Source: Nostoc sp. PCC 7120 = FACHB-418 | GTDB taxonomy: Bacteria; Cyanobacteriota; Cyanobacteriia; Cyanobacteriales; Nostocaceae | Direction: 5' to 3' | DNA: 32,000 bases | NCBI RefSeq assembly: GCF_000009705.1 | Contig: NC_003272.1 | Span: 3,090,001 to 3,122,000 of the forward strand | In this document: positions 7,495 through 15,484 of the stretch, one piece after another | Position numbering within the stretch: the first letter of the stretch is position 1 | Layout of the letters: each line of letters opens with the position of its first letter | The notes under the pieces: generated by a model | Told to the model about the DNA's origin: nothing | Database searches by the model: none | The model's input: the letters and a program-made list of their open reading frames with translations, nothing else | Program-made: the position numbers and the translations under genes

Positions 7495-8487
7495 ATGAAG
7501 ACTTGGTTTAAGTATATAAAATTATTGCTGCTATCAGTTTGTACTTTTTTGTTAGTGACAGGCTGTAACAGTAACGTATCAAAATTACCAAGTAATCAGA
7601 CTACCAGCAATATAACTACAAATTGCCGTGTAATTAATCATGAAGCAGGTAAAACGCAGATCTGCGGACAACCTAAAAAAGTTGTTGCTCTGAGTCCGCC
7701 TGTGTTAGATATGATGCTTGCTTTGGGTGTGCAACCTGCGGGTTATGCGGAAGTAGACTTGCTCAACAGTAAAGTATTTGATCGACCTAAAGAGCAAATT
7801 CCCTACCTTGGCGATCGCATTACCAGTCAACCGATGAATGTAGGCGATCGCGGTAATCCTTCTTTAGAAAGTTTACTGCAACTGAAGCCAGATTTGATTT
7901 TAGGTGAAGCATCTTATAACGAAACTGAATACCAAATCTTAAACAAAATTGCACCGACAATTTTAATAAGTCATCGAGATGGTATCACTCCAGCTTGGCA
8001 ACAAACAATCTCAATTATTGCCCAAGCTTTAGGACGAGAAGATAAAGTACCAACCGTCATAGCAGAGTATGAACAGAAATTATCCCAAGCCAAAACTGCG
8101 ATCGCTCCTATTGCTCAACACCAGGAACTATTGCTGTTAGCATTTAGGGGAATTACTCTAACCTCATTTACCTTTGGAGCAGAAACCTTTGCTGGCGGAC
8201 TATTACAAGATTTAGGATTTAAGCTTGTTAGTCCTGAATCCACAGAATATGAAGTGGCGTTGGAAGTATTACCTAAATTTAAGTCCGACTTAATTGTGAT
8301 TATGCCTTCAGGAAATAACAATATAGAAAACGCCAAGCGTCAATGGAGTCAAAATCCGATTTTACAGTCTATATCTGCTCACAATACAAATCGAATTTAC
8401 TTCATTGATTACCAACTAGCAAGCCGCATTCGCGGGCCGATCGCTGCTGAGTTGTTTGTTAATCAAGTTCGTCAATTGCTGTCTTGA
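7495..8487 (+). CDS. Periplasmic iron-siderophore binding lipoprotein (FhuD/FecB-type), cassette 1
   Basis: 330-aa ORF with lipobox LLVTGC, a conserved CRVINH..GKTQIC pair, and KPDLILG and IYFIDY motifs typical of siderophore/cobalamin-type binding proteins. Confidence 0.88.
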   Translation: MKTWFKYIKLLLLSVCTFLLVTGCNSNVSKLPSNQTTSNITTNCRVINHEAGKTQICGQPKKVVALSPPVLDMMLALGVQPAGYAEVDLLNSKVFDRPKEQIPYLGDRITSQPMNVGDRGNPSLESLLQLKPDLILGEASYNETEYQILNKIAPTILISHRDGITPAWQQTISIIAQALGREDKVPTVIAEYEQKLSQAKTAIAPIAQHQELLLLAFRGITLTSFTFGAETFAGGLLQDLGFKLVSPESTEYEVALEVLPKFKSDLIVIMPSGNNNIENAKRQWSQNPILQSISAHNTNRIYFIDYQLASRIRGPIAAELFVNQVRQLLS

Positions 8488-8671
8488 TATAGGACTCATC
8501 TTTGATTTCTGAAAAACCAAATTGGCTAGAAGCTTGCTATACAGAGCTTTGTTTCTCAGTATACGTAGCAAAATTCAAGTACGATTCCTATATGATTTTT
8601 CAGTATGCCTGATATGTCAAATATGACACATTAGATAATATCTGCTCCTTTGGAATTGCAGAAACTAACAA

Positions 8672-8691
8672 ACTAATGATAAGATTTATCA
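8672..8691. promoter_or_regulatory. Fur-box-like site upstream of AraC-2 (ACTAATGATAAGATTTATCA; core palindrome TGATAA-gat-TTATCA)
   Basis: By hand alignment it matches GATAATGATAATCATTATC at 14 of 19 positions. It has perfect 6-bp inverted arms and lies 47 bp upstream of the ATG at 8738. Confidence 0.5.
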
Positions 8692-8737
8692 TCTATTTTG
8701 ATTTTCTCCACTTATCTGTGTAGATAATTTCAAACCA

Positions 8738-9724
8738 ATGGTACTCATCCTTCAGGAATCAGCAGATTGTTATCAACCATTGACAGAAAATAACAACACT
8801 CCACAATCAACTATCTGGGAAGCTCATATACATGATCCGCAAGGTATGAGTCATGGTTATAGACAATGGTTTCATTTGCGCCCAGGAATATCTCTGCTCA
8901 CTGATTGTTATCAGTTAAATGATGATTTAGTTGTGGAGAAAGCACCTAGCCCTGCTTTAATTTGGTTAGAGTTAAGTTTTAATATCTTTGGTCATAACAT
9001 CTGTGAAGGTGTCTACCCAGGAGAAAATTTCTTAGATGTATATCGAGGATTAGAACCAGCAAATCATACTGAATGGCAAGCACAGGAAAAAGTTTTAAAA
9101 TTTGATATTCACCTTGAATATTCAGAACTTCAAAGATTATTTGCTCATCAAATGGATTTATTGCCAGCTAGCTTTAGACGAATGTTTGAAAAAAATGATG
9201 ATGAGCCTGAGTATCGGAATTTTGGCATTACCACCCATGAAATGCAAATTGTGTTACGTCAGATTTTAAATTGTCCCTATCAAGGTTTGACAAAACAACT
9301 TTATTTGGAAGGCAAAATATTAGAATTATTAGCTTTACGGTTGGAATATCTACAAGAAAATCCTACTAATATCAATACAGACAATACTCTTAAAAATCAT
9401 CAAGTTGATGGTATTTACCATGCTAGAGATATTTTAATTAAAAATCTCAATAACCCACCTTCATTAATAGATTTGGCGAGGCTGGTGGGATTAAATGATT
9501 GCACACTAAAAAAGGGGTTTCAAGAGGTGTTTGGGACTACAGCCTTTGGATATTTACATGAATATCGTATGGAACAGGCGAAAGAATTACTCTTAGAAAA
9601 AGAAATGAATGTGACTCAAGTAGCCCAAGTGGTTGGTTATGAAGCGCGTACTTCTTTTATCAGGGCTTTCCGTAAAAAGTTCGGTGTGAGTCCTACTGCT
9701 TATATCCAAAGAAATTCCGCTTAG
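8738..9724 (+). CDS. AraC-family transcriptional regulator, cassette 2 (close paralogue of 2807-3790)
   Basis: 328-aa ORF. The N-terminal 65 aa and the HTH region are near-identical to AraC-1, while the middle segment has diverged. Confidence 0.9.
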   Translation: MVLILQESADCYQPLTENNNTPQSTIWEAHIHDPQGMSHGYRQWFHLRPGISLLTDCYQLNDDLVVEKAPSPALIWLELSFNIFGHNICEGVYPGENFLDVYRGLEPANHTEWQAQEKVLKFDIHLEYSELQRLFAHQMDLLPASFRRMFEKNDDEPEYRNFGITTHEMQIVLRQILNCPYQGLTKQLYLEGKILELLALRLEYLQENPTNINTDNTLKNHQVDGIYHARDILIKNLNNPPSLIDLARLVGLNDCTLKKGFQEVFGTTAFGYLHEYRMEQAKELLLEKEMNVTQVAQVVGYEARTSFIRAFRKKFGVSPTAYIQRNSA

Positions 9725-9751
9725 GTAACAATAAATTCCGTTGATGTCACA
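9710..9751 (+). promoter_or_regulatory. Direct repeat AGAAATTCCGCTTAGGTAACA / ATAAATTCCGTTGATGTCACA with a 21-bp period, overlapping the AraC-2 stop codon
   Basis: Read directly. It is homologous to 3776-3818. Confidence 0.4.
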
Positions 9752-9884
9752 CTTAGAGCTTTAACTCTCCATTTAATTGCAGTAAGATTCTCGCTAAGAA
9801 TTACTAATAACAGAAGCAAGTCTCAATGAGATGTCATGCAATATACACCTCATTATGGCTTTATCTTTCTGTATGTGAGGAGAG

Positions 9885-12434
9885 ATGTTAATTAAAGCAG
9901 GTTTATTAAATACTTTGTACTTGGCGACAATAGTATCAATCTTAATCAGTAATCAAACTGTACGGGCAGAGGTAAACACCACAGGCAATCAAACTCCTCA
10001 ACTGAGTAAAGATGTCTCAATATTGGCGCAAGCACCGACAACTGAAATTGTACAAGTAACAGGAGTGACAGCAAATCCTACAGAAAAAGGCGTGGAAGTT
10101 ATTTTACAGACTACCTCTGGGGAAAAATTACAACTGGTAAATCTCAGTCAAGGTAACGCATACATAGTTGATATTCCTAATGCACAGTTACGCTTACCTA
10201 ATGGTGATAGTTTTACATTCACTTCCCCAAAGCCAGTGGAGGGAATTAGCGAGATTATAGTTACCAATCTGGATGCTAATACTATTCGGGTGACAGTCAC
10301 AGGTGAGACGGGATTACCTGTAGTAGAGTTATTTGATAGTGATGAGGGTTTGATTTTGGGGGTGGTGAGTGCAACACCCCCACAGACACAAGCTACACCA
10401 GAACAACCAGCAGCACAGACTGAAGAAAATCAAGAACCAATTGAACTGGTGGTGACAGGCGAACAGGATATATATAGTGTTCCTAATGCTTCCACTGCTA
10501 CCAGAACCGATACTCCATTGCGCGATATCCCTCAATCGATTCAAGTGATCCCGCAGCAGGTGTTGAAAGACCAGCAAGTAACTCGCATCTTAGATGCTGT
10601 GCGGAATGTGTCAGGGGTGACTCCACAAAAAGGTTATGGAGATGCGACAGATTTTTATACTATTCGCGGATTTAACTCGAATCGAACTCTGAGAAATGGA
10701 TTCAATGTTCGAGCCGCTAGGGGTGGTACGTCTACTTTTACCGCTCCTAGCAGCGTTGAGCGAGTCGAAGTTCTCAAAGGCCCGGCTTCCGTTTTGTATG
10801 GGCAATTAGAACCAGGGGGACTTGTAAATATTGTTACCAAAAAACCCCTCAGCGATCCCTACTATGCGGCTGAATTTACTGCTGGGAGTTACAGTTTTTA
10901 TAGCCCTTCATTAGATATCTCTGGGCCTCTGACTACTGACAAAAAACTGTTATATCGCTTGAATGCTTCGTATCAAAACTTTGGTAGCTTCATTGATTTT
11001 GTCAATGGGGAAAACTTGTCTATTGTACCCGTCGTCAATTATCAGATTAGCGATCGCACAGCCTTAACTTTTGAGTATGAACATTCACGCTCAAATCAGT
11101 CTTTTAATGATGGTTTACCCATAGATCCCATTTCCTTTGAGTTACCCATCAGTCGAAATTTAAACAATCCTGACGATACACTTGACAATACCACTAATAG
11201 TCTCAATTTCACCTTGGAGCATGGATTTAATGATAATATCCGCCTCCGCACTGTTTTTGGAGCTTCTTTTTCTGAGGGGACAACTTTAGCCTACCGTCTG
11301 TTTAACTACAATCCAGAAACCAATGAAGTCCTACGAGCCTTTCGGAATAGTCCAGATTATGAAAATGACTATTCTTGGCAAACCGATGTGATTGCTAAGT
11401 TTAATACTGGCGCAGTCAAACATGAGCTACTTGTCGGATTTGAACTCGCTTTTAATGATAACGCTTACAATGCAACGGATTCAGAAGACAGCTTCATTAA
11501 TGTTTTTAATCCTGTGTATGATACACCAATCCCACTAGCATTATACAGTTTTAGTGGCAAAAGCAATTCTAATACCATAGGTCTCTATCTCCAAGATCAA
11601 ATCACCCTCTCGCCTAATTTAAAGTTATTAATCGGAGGTAGATATGATTTTGCTAGAGCTAAATCTGATTCTAATTTCCAGTTTATAGGTGAACCTGACA
11701 GCCCTACCTCAGATGAATTTTATAATGAAGCCTTTTCCCCGCGTGTGGGATTGGTGTATCAACCGATTGAACCCATCTCTTTGTATGCTAGTTATAGTCG
11801 CTCCTTTCTCCCCAACAATGCTAAAACTTTTAGTGGAGAGATAATTGAACCAACTCGTGGTAAACAGTTGGAAGTAGGAGTCAAAGCTGATTTTGGGAGA
11901 CTTTCGACAACTCTAGCAGCTTATGAGATTACTAAAACTAATATTCTCACCAGCGATCGTGACAACCCTTTTTTCTCTCTTGGGGTGGGAGAAGTCAGAA
12001 GTCGTGGTATTGAGTTAGACATTTCTGGAGAAATTTTACCAGGTTGGAATGTCATTGCTTCCACTTTTATTAATGATTCCGTCATCACCCAAGATAATAA
12101 TCTACCTATTGGTGATACATTGGTTAATGCTCCAAGGCGTGGAGCTAGTCTGTGGACAACCTATGAAATTCAGACGGGCGATTTGCAAGGATTGGGCTTT
12201 GGCTTAGGGGTATTTTATGTTGGCGATCGCCAAGCTGAATTACCCAACAATCTTGTGTTACCATCCTATGTGCGTGCTGATGCTTCTATTTTCTATAGAC
12301 GCGATAACTGGAGAATAGGATTAAATTTTAAAAATCTATCTGACACGAGATATTACGAATCATCTCAAAATAGTTCATTGATATATCCAGGAACACCACT
12401 TACTGTATTGGGAACTGTTTCAGTACAATTTTAA
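9885..12434 (+). CDS. TonB-dependent siderophore receptor with AMIN-like domain, cassette 2
   Basis: 849-aa ORF with the same architecture as cassette 1 (signal peptide, AMIN-like domain, PIELVVTG, plug, barrel, terminal F). GAGGAGAG lies immediately upstream of the ATG. Confidence 0.93.
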   Translation: MLIKAGLLNTLYLATIVSILISNQTVRAEVNTTGNQTPQLSKDVSILAQAPTTEIVQVTGVTANPTEKGVEVILQTTSGEKLQLVNLSQGNAYIVDIPNAQLRLPNGDSFTFTSPKPVEGISEIIVTNLDANTIRVTVTGETGLPVVELFDSDEGLILGVVSATPPQTQATPEQPAAQTEENQEPIELVVTGEQDIYSVPNASTATRTDTPLRDIPQSIQVIPQQVLKDQQVTRILDAVRNVSGVTPQKGYGDATDFYTIRGFNSNRTLRNGFNVRAARGGTSTFTAPSSVERVEVLKGPASVLYGQLEPGGLVNIVTKKPLSDPYYAAEFTAGSYSFYSPSLDISGPLTTDKKLLYRLNASYQNFGSFIDFVNGENLSIVPVVNYQISDRTALTFEYEHSRSNQSFNDGLPIDPISFELPISRNLNNPDDTLDNTTNSLNFTLEHGFNDNIRLRTVFGASFSEGTTLAYRLFNYNPETNEVLRAFRNSPDYENDYSWQTDVIAKFNTGAVKHELLVGFELAFNDNAYNATDSEDSFINVFNPVYDTPIPLALYSFSGKSNSNTIGLYLQDQITLSPNLKLLIGGRYDFARAKSDSNFQFIGEPDSPTSDEFYNEAFSPRVGLVYQPIEPISLYASYSRSFLPNNAKTFSGEIIEPTRGKQLEVGVKADFGRLSTTLAAYEITKTNILTSDRDNPFFSLGVGEVRSRGIELDISGEILPGWNVIASTFINDSVITQDNNLPIGDTLVNAPRRGASLWTTYEIQTGDLQGLGFGLGVFYVGDRQAELPNNLVLPSYVRADASIFYRRDNWRIGLNFKNLSDTRYYESSQNSSLIYPGTPLTVLGTVSVQF

Positions 12435-12467
12435 AAATTTGCCAGATATCAAAAACTAAAAGCAAAG

Positions 12468-13469
12468 ATGTCCAAACGGTGGCTTTATTCTCTCCAGCTA
12501 ATCTTCTTTATAACCTTGGTCTTTGTATTAGTGACGGGTTGTTATAGCCATCCAAATCAAAATATTCAATCTGCTAATTCAAAACCAGTCACATCTGAAT
12601 GTCGAATTATCAAGCATCCCTTGGGAGAAACCTGTATTCCTTTGCATCCCCAGCGCATTATCGCTATGGATGAAGATATTTTAGAAATTTTGGTAGCACT
12701 AGATTTAAAACCCATAGCTGTAGCCATAAATTTTGATGAATGGAGTAGTAGAGAAAAACAATTATGGCAAAAAGCTGAAGGTATAGATTCAATTGTTATA
12801 GGAAATCATGGTATTTTGAATCTAGAAAAAATGCTGCTATTAAAACCAGATTTAATTTTAGGTCTAGCAGAAAGCACCGACAGAAAAAGCTACGAGTTAT
12901 TTTCGCAAATAGCCCCGACTGTTACTGTTGATTATGCTCAAACTGCTTGGAGAGATGTCCTTTTGCGTGTTGGTAATATAATCGGTAAAACTGAACAAGC
13001 CCAGAAATTAATTGCTGAATTTCAGCAACGAATAGAAAAATTGCGGGTAATTGTAAAAAACAAATTGGGAAAAACAAAAATTTCTGTAGTACGTGTATAT
13101 AATTACTTTCACAAAACAATAGAATTTCGCTCCAATTTCTCATTCCCCGGTAGCCTTCTTGTGGAGTTGGGACTGTCTTTTCCAGAAAAACAAAATCAAA
13201 TTCCTACTAGTCCAGGCTTTCCTTTTGTATTTGCAAGTCTAGAAAGACTAGACTTACTAGATGCAGATGTAATGTTTGTCACATTAGATGCTGGTGGTGA
13301 AGAAAACTTCAAAAAATTTCAGGCTAGCCCCTTATGGCAAAAGCTGAAAGCAGTCAAAAACAATTGCGTATACACAGTTGATTCAGGTTACTGGATATTT
13401 GGCAATATTATGTCAGCTAACGCCATACTCGATGATTTAGATAAATACCTTCTCCAGCAATGTAGATAA
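12468..13469 (+). CDS. Periplasmic iron-siderophore binding lipoprotein, cassette 2 (type B, similar to 25421-26380)
   Basis: 333-aa ORF with lipobox VLVTGC, CRIIKHPLGETC, KPDLILG and VYTVDSGYW. Confidence 0.88.
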   Translation: MSKRWLYSLQLIFFITLVFVLVTGCYSHPNQNIQSANSKPVTSECRIIKHPLGETCIPLHPQRIIAMDEDILEILVALDLKPIAVAINFDEWSSREKQLWQKAEGIDSIVIGNHGILNLEKMLLLKPDLILGLAESTDRKSYELFSQIAPTVTVDYAQTAWRDVLLRVGNIIGKTEQAQKLIAEFQQRIEKLRVIVKNKLGKTKISVVRVYNYFHKTIEFRSNFSFPGSLLVELGLSFPEKQNQIPTSPGFPFVFASLERLDLLDADVMFVTLDAGGEENFKKFQASPLWQKLKAVKNNCVYTVDSGYWIFGNIMSANAILDDLDKYLLQQCR

Positions 13470-13519
13470 TAGGTGACGGTGAAGAAATAAGAGGAATTTG
13501 AACGGCTGATTTCTATTTT

Positions 13520-13567
13520 TTGCTGTATTGTTTCACTACATTACAATAATTAATGATATTATTTATC
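13520..13567 (+). promoter_or_regulatory. Candidate Fur-repressed promoter: -35 TTGCTG (13520-13525), -10 TACAAT (13542-13547), Fur-box-like ATTAATGATATTATTTATC (13549-13567)
   Basis: By hand alignment the box matches the 19-bp Fur consensus at 14 of 19 positions. The element lies 28 bp upstream of the ATG at 13595. Confidence 0.45.
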
Positions 13568-13594
13568 AATAAATTTTCTGTTGACATTACTCAG

Positions 13595-13987
13595 ATGACC
13601 AAACACACCCTATTCGTTTGCAAATCTTGTCACCGTTCATCGGAAGAATTGGCAGAAAATCAGCCTTGCGATGGCAGTATTTTACTTGACAAAATTACCA
13701 GCTTGTATTCAGAAAAATTTGCAACAGAAGAACTGGAAATTCAGTCTGTGGGATGTTTATGGGCTTGCAGCCGTGGCTGTGTTGTGGCGCTTTCCAGTCC
13801 AGAAAAACCAACCTATCTGTTGGTTGATTTACCTCCAGATGCAGAAAATGCTTCAGCATTACTCGAATTTACACAGATGTACATTAATAATCGTAAAGGG
13901 GCGTTTATGTGGGAAAAACTTCCCAAAGAATTGGAGTCTGCCATTTTTGCAAGTATTCCTTCTGTATTGACGAAACCGGAAGGTTAG
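13595..13987 (+). CDS. DUF1636/COG5469-like predicted metal-binding protein with a thioredoxin-like ferredoxin fold
   Basis: MTKHTLFVCKSCHRS...DG..LL...VGCLWACSRGCVVALSSPEKPTYLLVDL...IFASIP matches my recollection of the family pattern (C-x2-C ... C-x3-C-x3-C, then YL..L and the C-terminal I.ARIP region). The start is set at ATG 13595, whereas the track starts at 13553. Confidence 0.65.
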   Translation: MTKHTLFVCKSCHRSSEELAENQPCDGSILLDKITSLYSEKFATEELEIQSVGCLWACSRGCVVALSSPEKPTYLLVDLPPDAENASALLEFTQMYINNRKGAFMWEKLPKELESAIFASIPSVLTKPEG

Positions 13988-13996
13988 GTGTTATTT

Positions 13997-14018
13997 GCAA
14001 CATCAATTGTGATGTTGC
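13997..14018 (+). terminator. Hairpin GCAACATC-aattgt-GATGTTGC, 10 nt after the DUF1636 stop
   Basis: The stem is a perfect 8 bp. There is no strong U-tract, so this is a weak terminator call. Confidence 0.35.
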
Positions 14019-14047
14019 TCTACTTAACGTACACAATGCTTATAACT

Positions 14048-14213
14048 GAATGTCACTAAGAAAAGGTGAAACTCTTGCTGTGGATGGGTGTAGGGGTTAG
14101 GAGAAGAACAGTATTGATGAGATATCTTCACTTAAGTATTAGTTGTTTCCCCTACACCCTTACACCCCAAAAGCCTTATACCTTAAAGATTTGCGCTTAT
14201 CTTAGTGCCATTC
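14048..14213. mobile_element. MITE copy 1 (166 bp). Terminal inverted repeats are GAATG(T/G)CACTAAGA... / ...TCTTAGTGCCATTC. It is flanked by the 10-bp direct duplication GCTTATAACT (14038-14047 and 14214-14223).
   Basis: The TIRs, the target duplication and an internal hairpin (GGGTGTAGGGG...CCCCTACACCC) are read directly. A second copy lies at 22076-22250. Confidence 0.8.
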
Positions 14214-14316
14214 GCTTATAACTCTTGATACTCATGTCCCAGACAAAGTAACAATATTATTTCTCATCTATATATTTAAATATTTAATAAATACAAAATC
14301 CCAAATCCCAAATTAC

Positions 14317-15309
14317 ATGACCCTTGTTTTACAAGAAGATTTTCATCATTTATTGACATCAGAACCACTAGATAATAACGCTCCTTTTCAACTCAAAACT
14401 TATGAATTGCAGGTAGATGATCCCAGGGGGATAAGTCATGGTTATAGACGGTGGTTGTATTTACGTCCAGGAATCTCCCTGTTGCTAGAAAAATATAATC
14501 TGCAAGAAAACTTAGTTATTGAATATTCCCCACATCAACCTTATTCTTGTTTAGAATTAGGGTTTCATATTTTGGGTCGTGACCCTCATTTAGATTTAAG
14601 AACAGGGCAAAATTTCATAGCTTTAGAACTAGATCCTGGTGAAAGTAGTTGGAAAGAATGGCAAGCTCAAAAAGAGTTTTTAAAACTAGATATTCATATT
14701 GAATATGCTTTATTTGAAAGTTTCGTATTCGATCATATAGATAAATTACCTGCCGATTTTAGACAGATCATTGAGAATGCTAATAGCGGTGAAATGAATT
14801 ATCTGCAAATTGGTAGGACAACACCACAAATGCAGACCATTTTACAACAAATATTAAATTGTCCCTATCAAAGTTTAACAAAGCAACTTTATTTAGAGGC
14901 TAAAGTATTGGAATTAATGGCGTTAAGGTTTGAAGAATTACAAGATTCGCTTATCTTAAATCAAAATATTAACCTCAAACCGATACAAATTGATAGTATT
15001 TACCAAGCCAGAGATATTCTCATTAATAATTTTACTAATCCACCAACATTAATAGCCTTAGCACGGCAAGTCAATCTGAATGATTGCACTCTTAAAAAAG
15101 GCTTTCAGCAAATATTTGGTACAACTGTCTTTGGTTATTTGCATAACTACCGTATGGAACAAGCCAAGGAATTACTTTTAGATGCCAAGTTAACTGTCAA
15201 TCAAGTAGCACAATATGTAGGTTATGCTAGTCGTAGTGCTTTTATGACAGCTTTCTGTAAAAAGTTTGGCGTGAGTCCTAGCGTTTACTCGCGCAAAAAT
15301 TCCGTTTAA
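14317..15309 (+). CDS. AraC-family transcriptional regulator, cassette 3
   Basis: 330-aa ORF with the AraC HTH LARQVNLNDCTLKKGFQQIFGTTVFGYLHNYRMEQAKELL...VGYASRSAFMTAFCKKFGVSP. Confidence 0.9.
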   Translation: MTLVLQEDFHHLLTSEPLDNNAPFQLKTYELQVDDPRGISHGYRRWLYLRPGISLLLEKYNLQENLVIEYSPHQPYSCLELGFHILGRDPHLDLRTGQNFIALELDPGESSWKEWQAQKEFLKLDIHIEYALFESFVFDHIDKLPADFRQIIENANSGEMNYLQIGRTTPQMQTILQQILNCPYQSLTKQLYLEAKVLELMALRFEELQDSLILNQNINLKPIQIDSIYQARDILINNFTNPPTLIALARQVNLNDCTLKKGFQQIFGTTVFGYLHNYRMEQAKELLLDAKLTVNQVAQYVGYASRSAFMTAFCKKFGVSPSVYSRKNSV

Positions 15310-15338
15310 AGAACTAAAAAATTCCGTTTAGAGAACAT
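15295..15338 (+). promoter_or_regulatory. Direct repeat AAAAATTCCGTTTAAAGAACT / AAAAATTCCGTTTAGAGAACA with a 22-bp period, overlapping the AraC-3 stop codon
   Basis: Read directly. The two copies are identical at 19 of 21 positions. Confidence 0.45.
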
Positions 15339-15484
15339 TCCATACTTTAGCTTTTCCTCAGATTACCGTAAGATTACTGAGAATACTTACTAATAAGACT
15401 TGCGTTTGTAATTCAAACAATCTTGCTAAAGTCATTGTCCGCTTGAGTTACGGACAAATTGTGTTATCTGATGTGGGGAGATAG

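Noticed and set aside
13483-13520. AGAAAT...ATTTCT hairpin followed by a T-run after the cassette 2 binding-protein gene
   Set aside because: It has a 6-bp AT-rich stem with a 20-nt loop, which is too weak to call a terminator.
13581-13586. Perfect TTGACA hexamer upstream of the DUF1636-like gene
   Set aside because: It lies only 9 nt before ATG 13595, which is too close to serve as the -35 for this gene.
13671-13970. 99-aa ORF in an alternative frame of the DUF1636-like gene
   Set aside because: The other frame carries the conserved Cys motifs. This frame has none.
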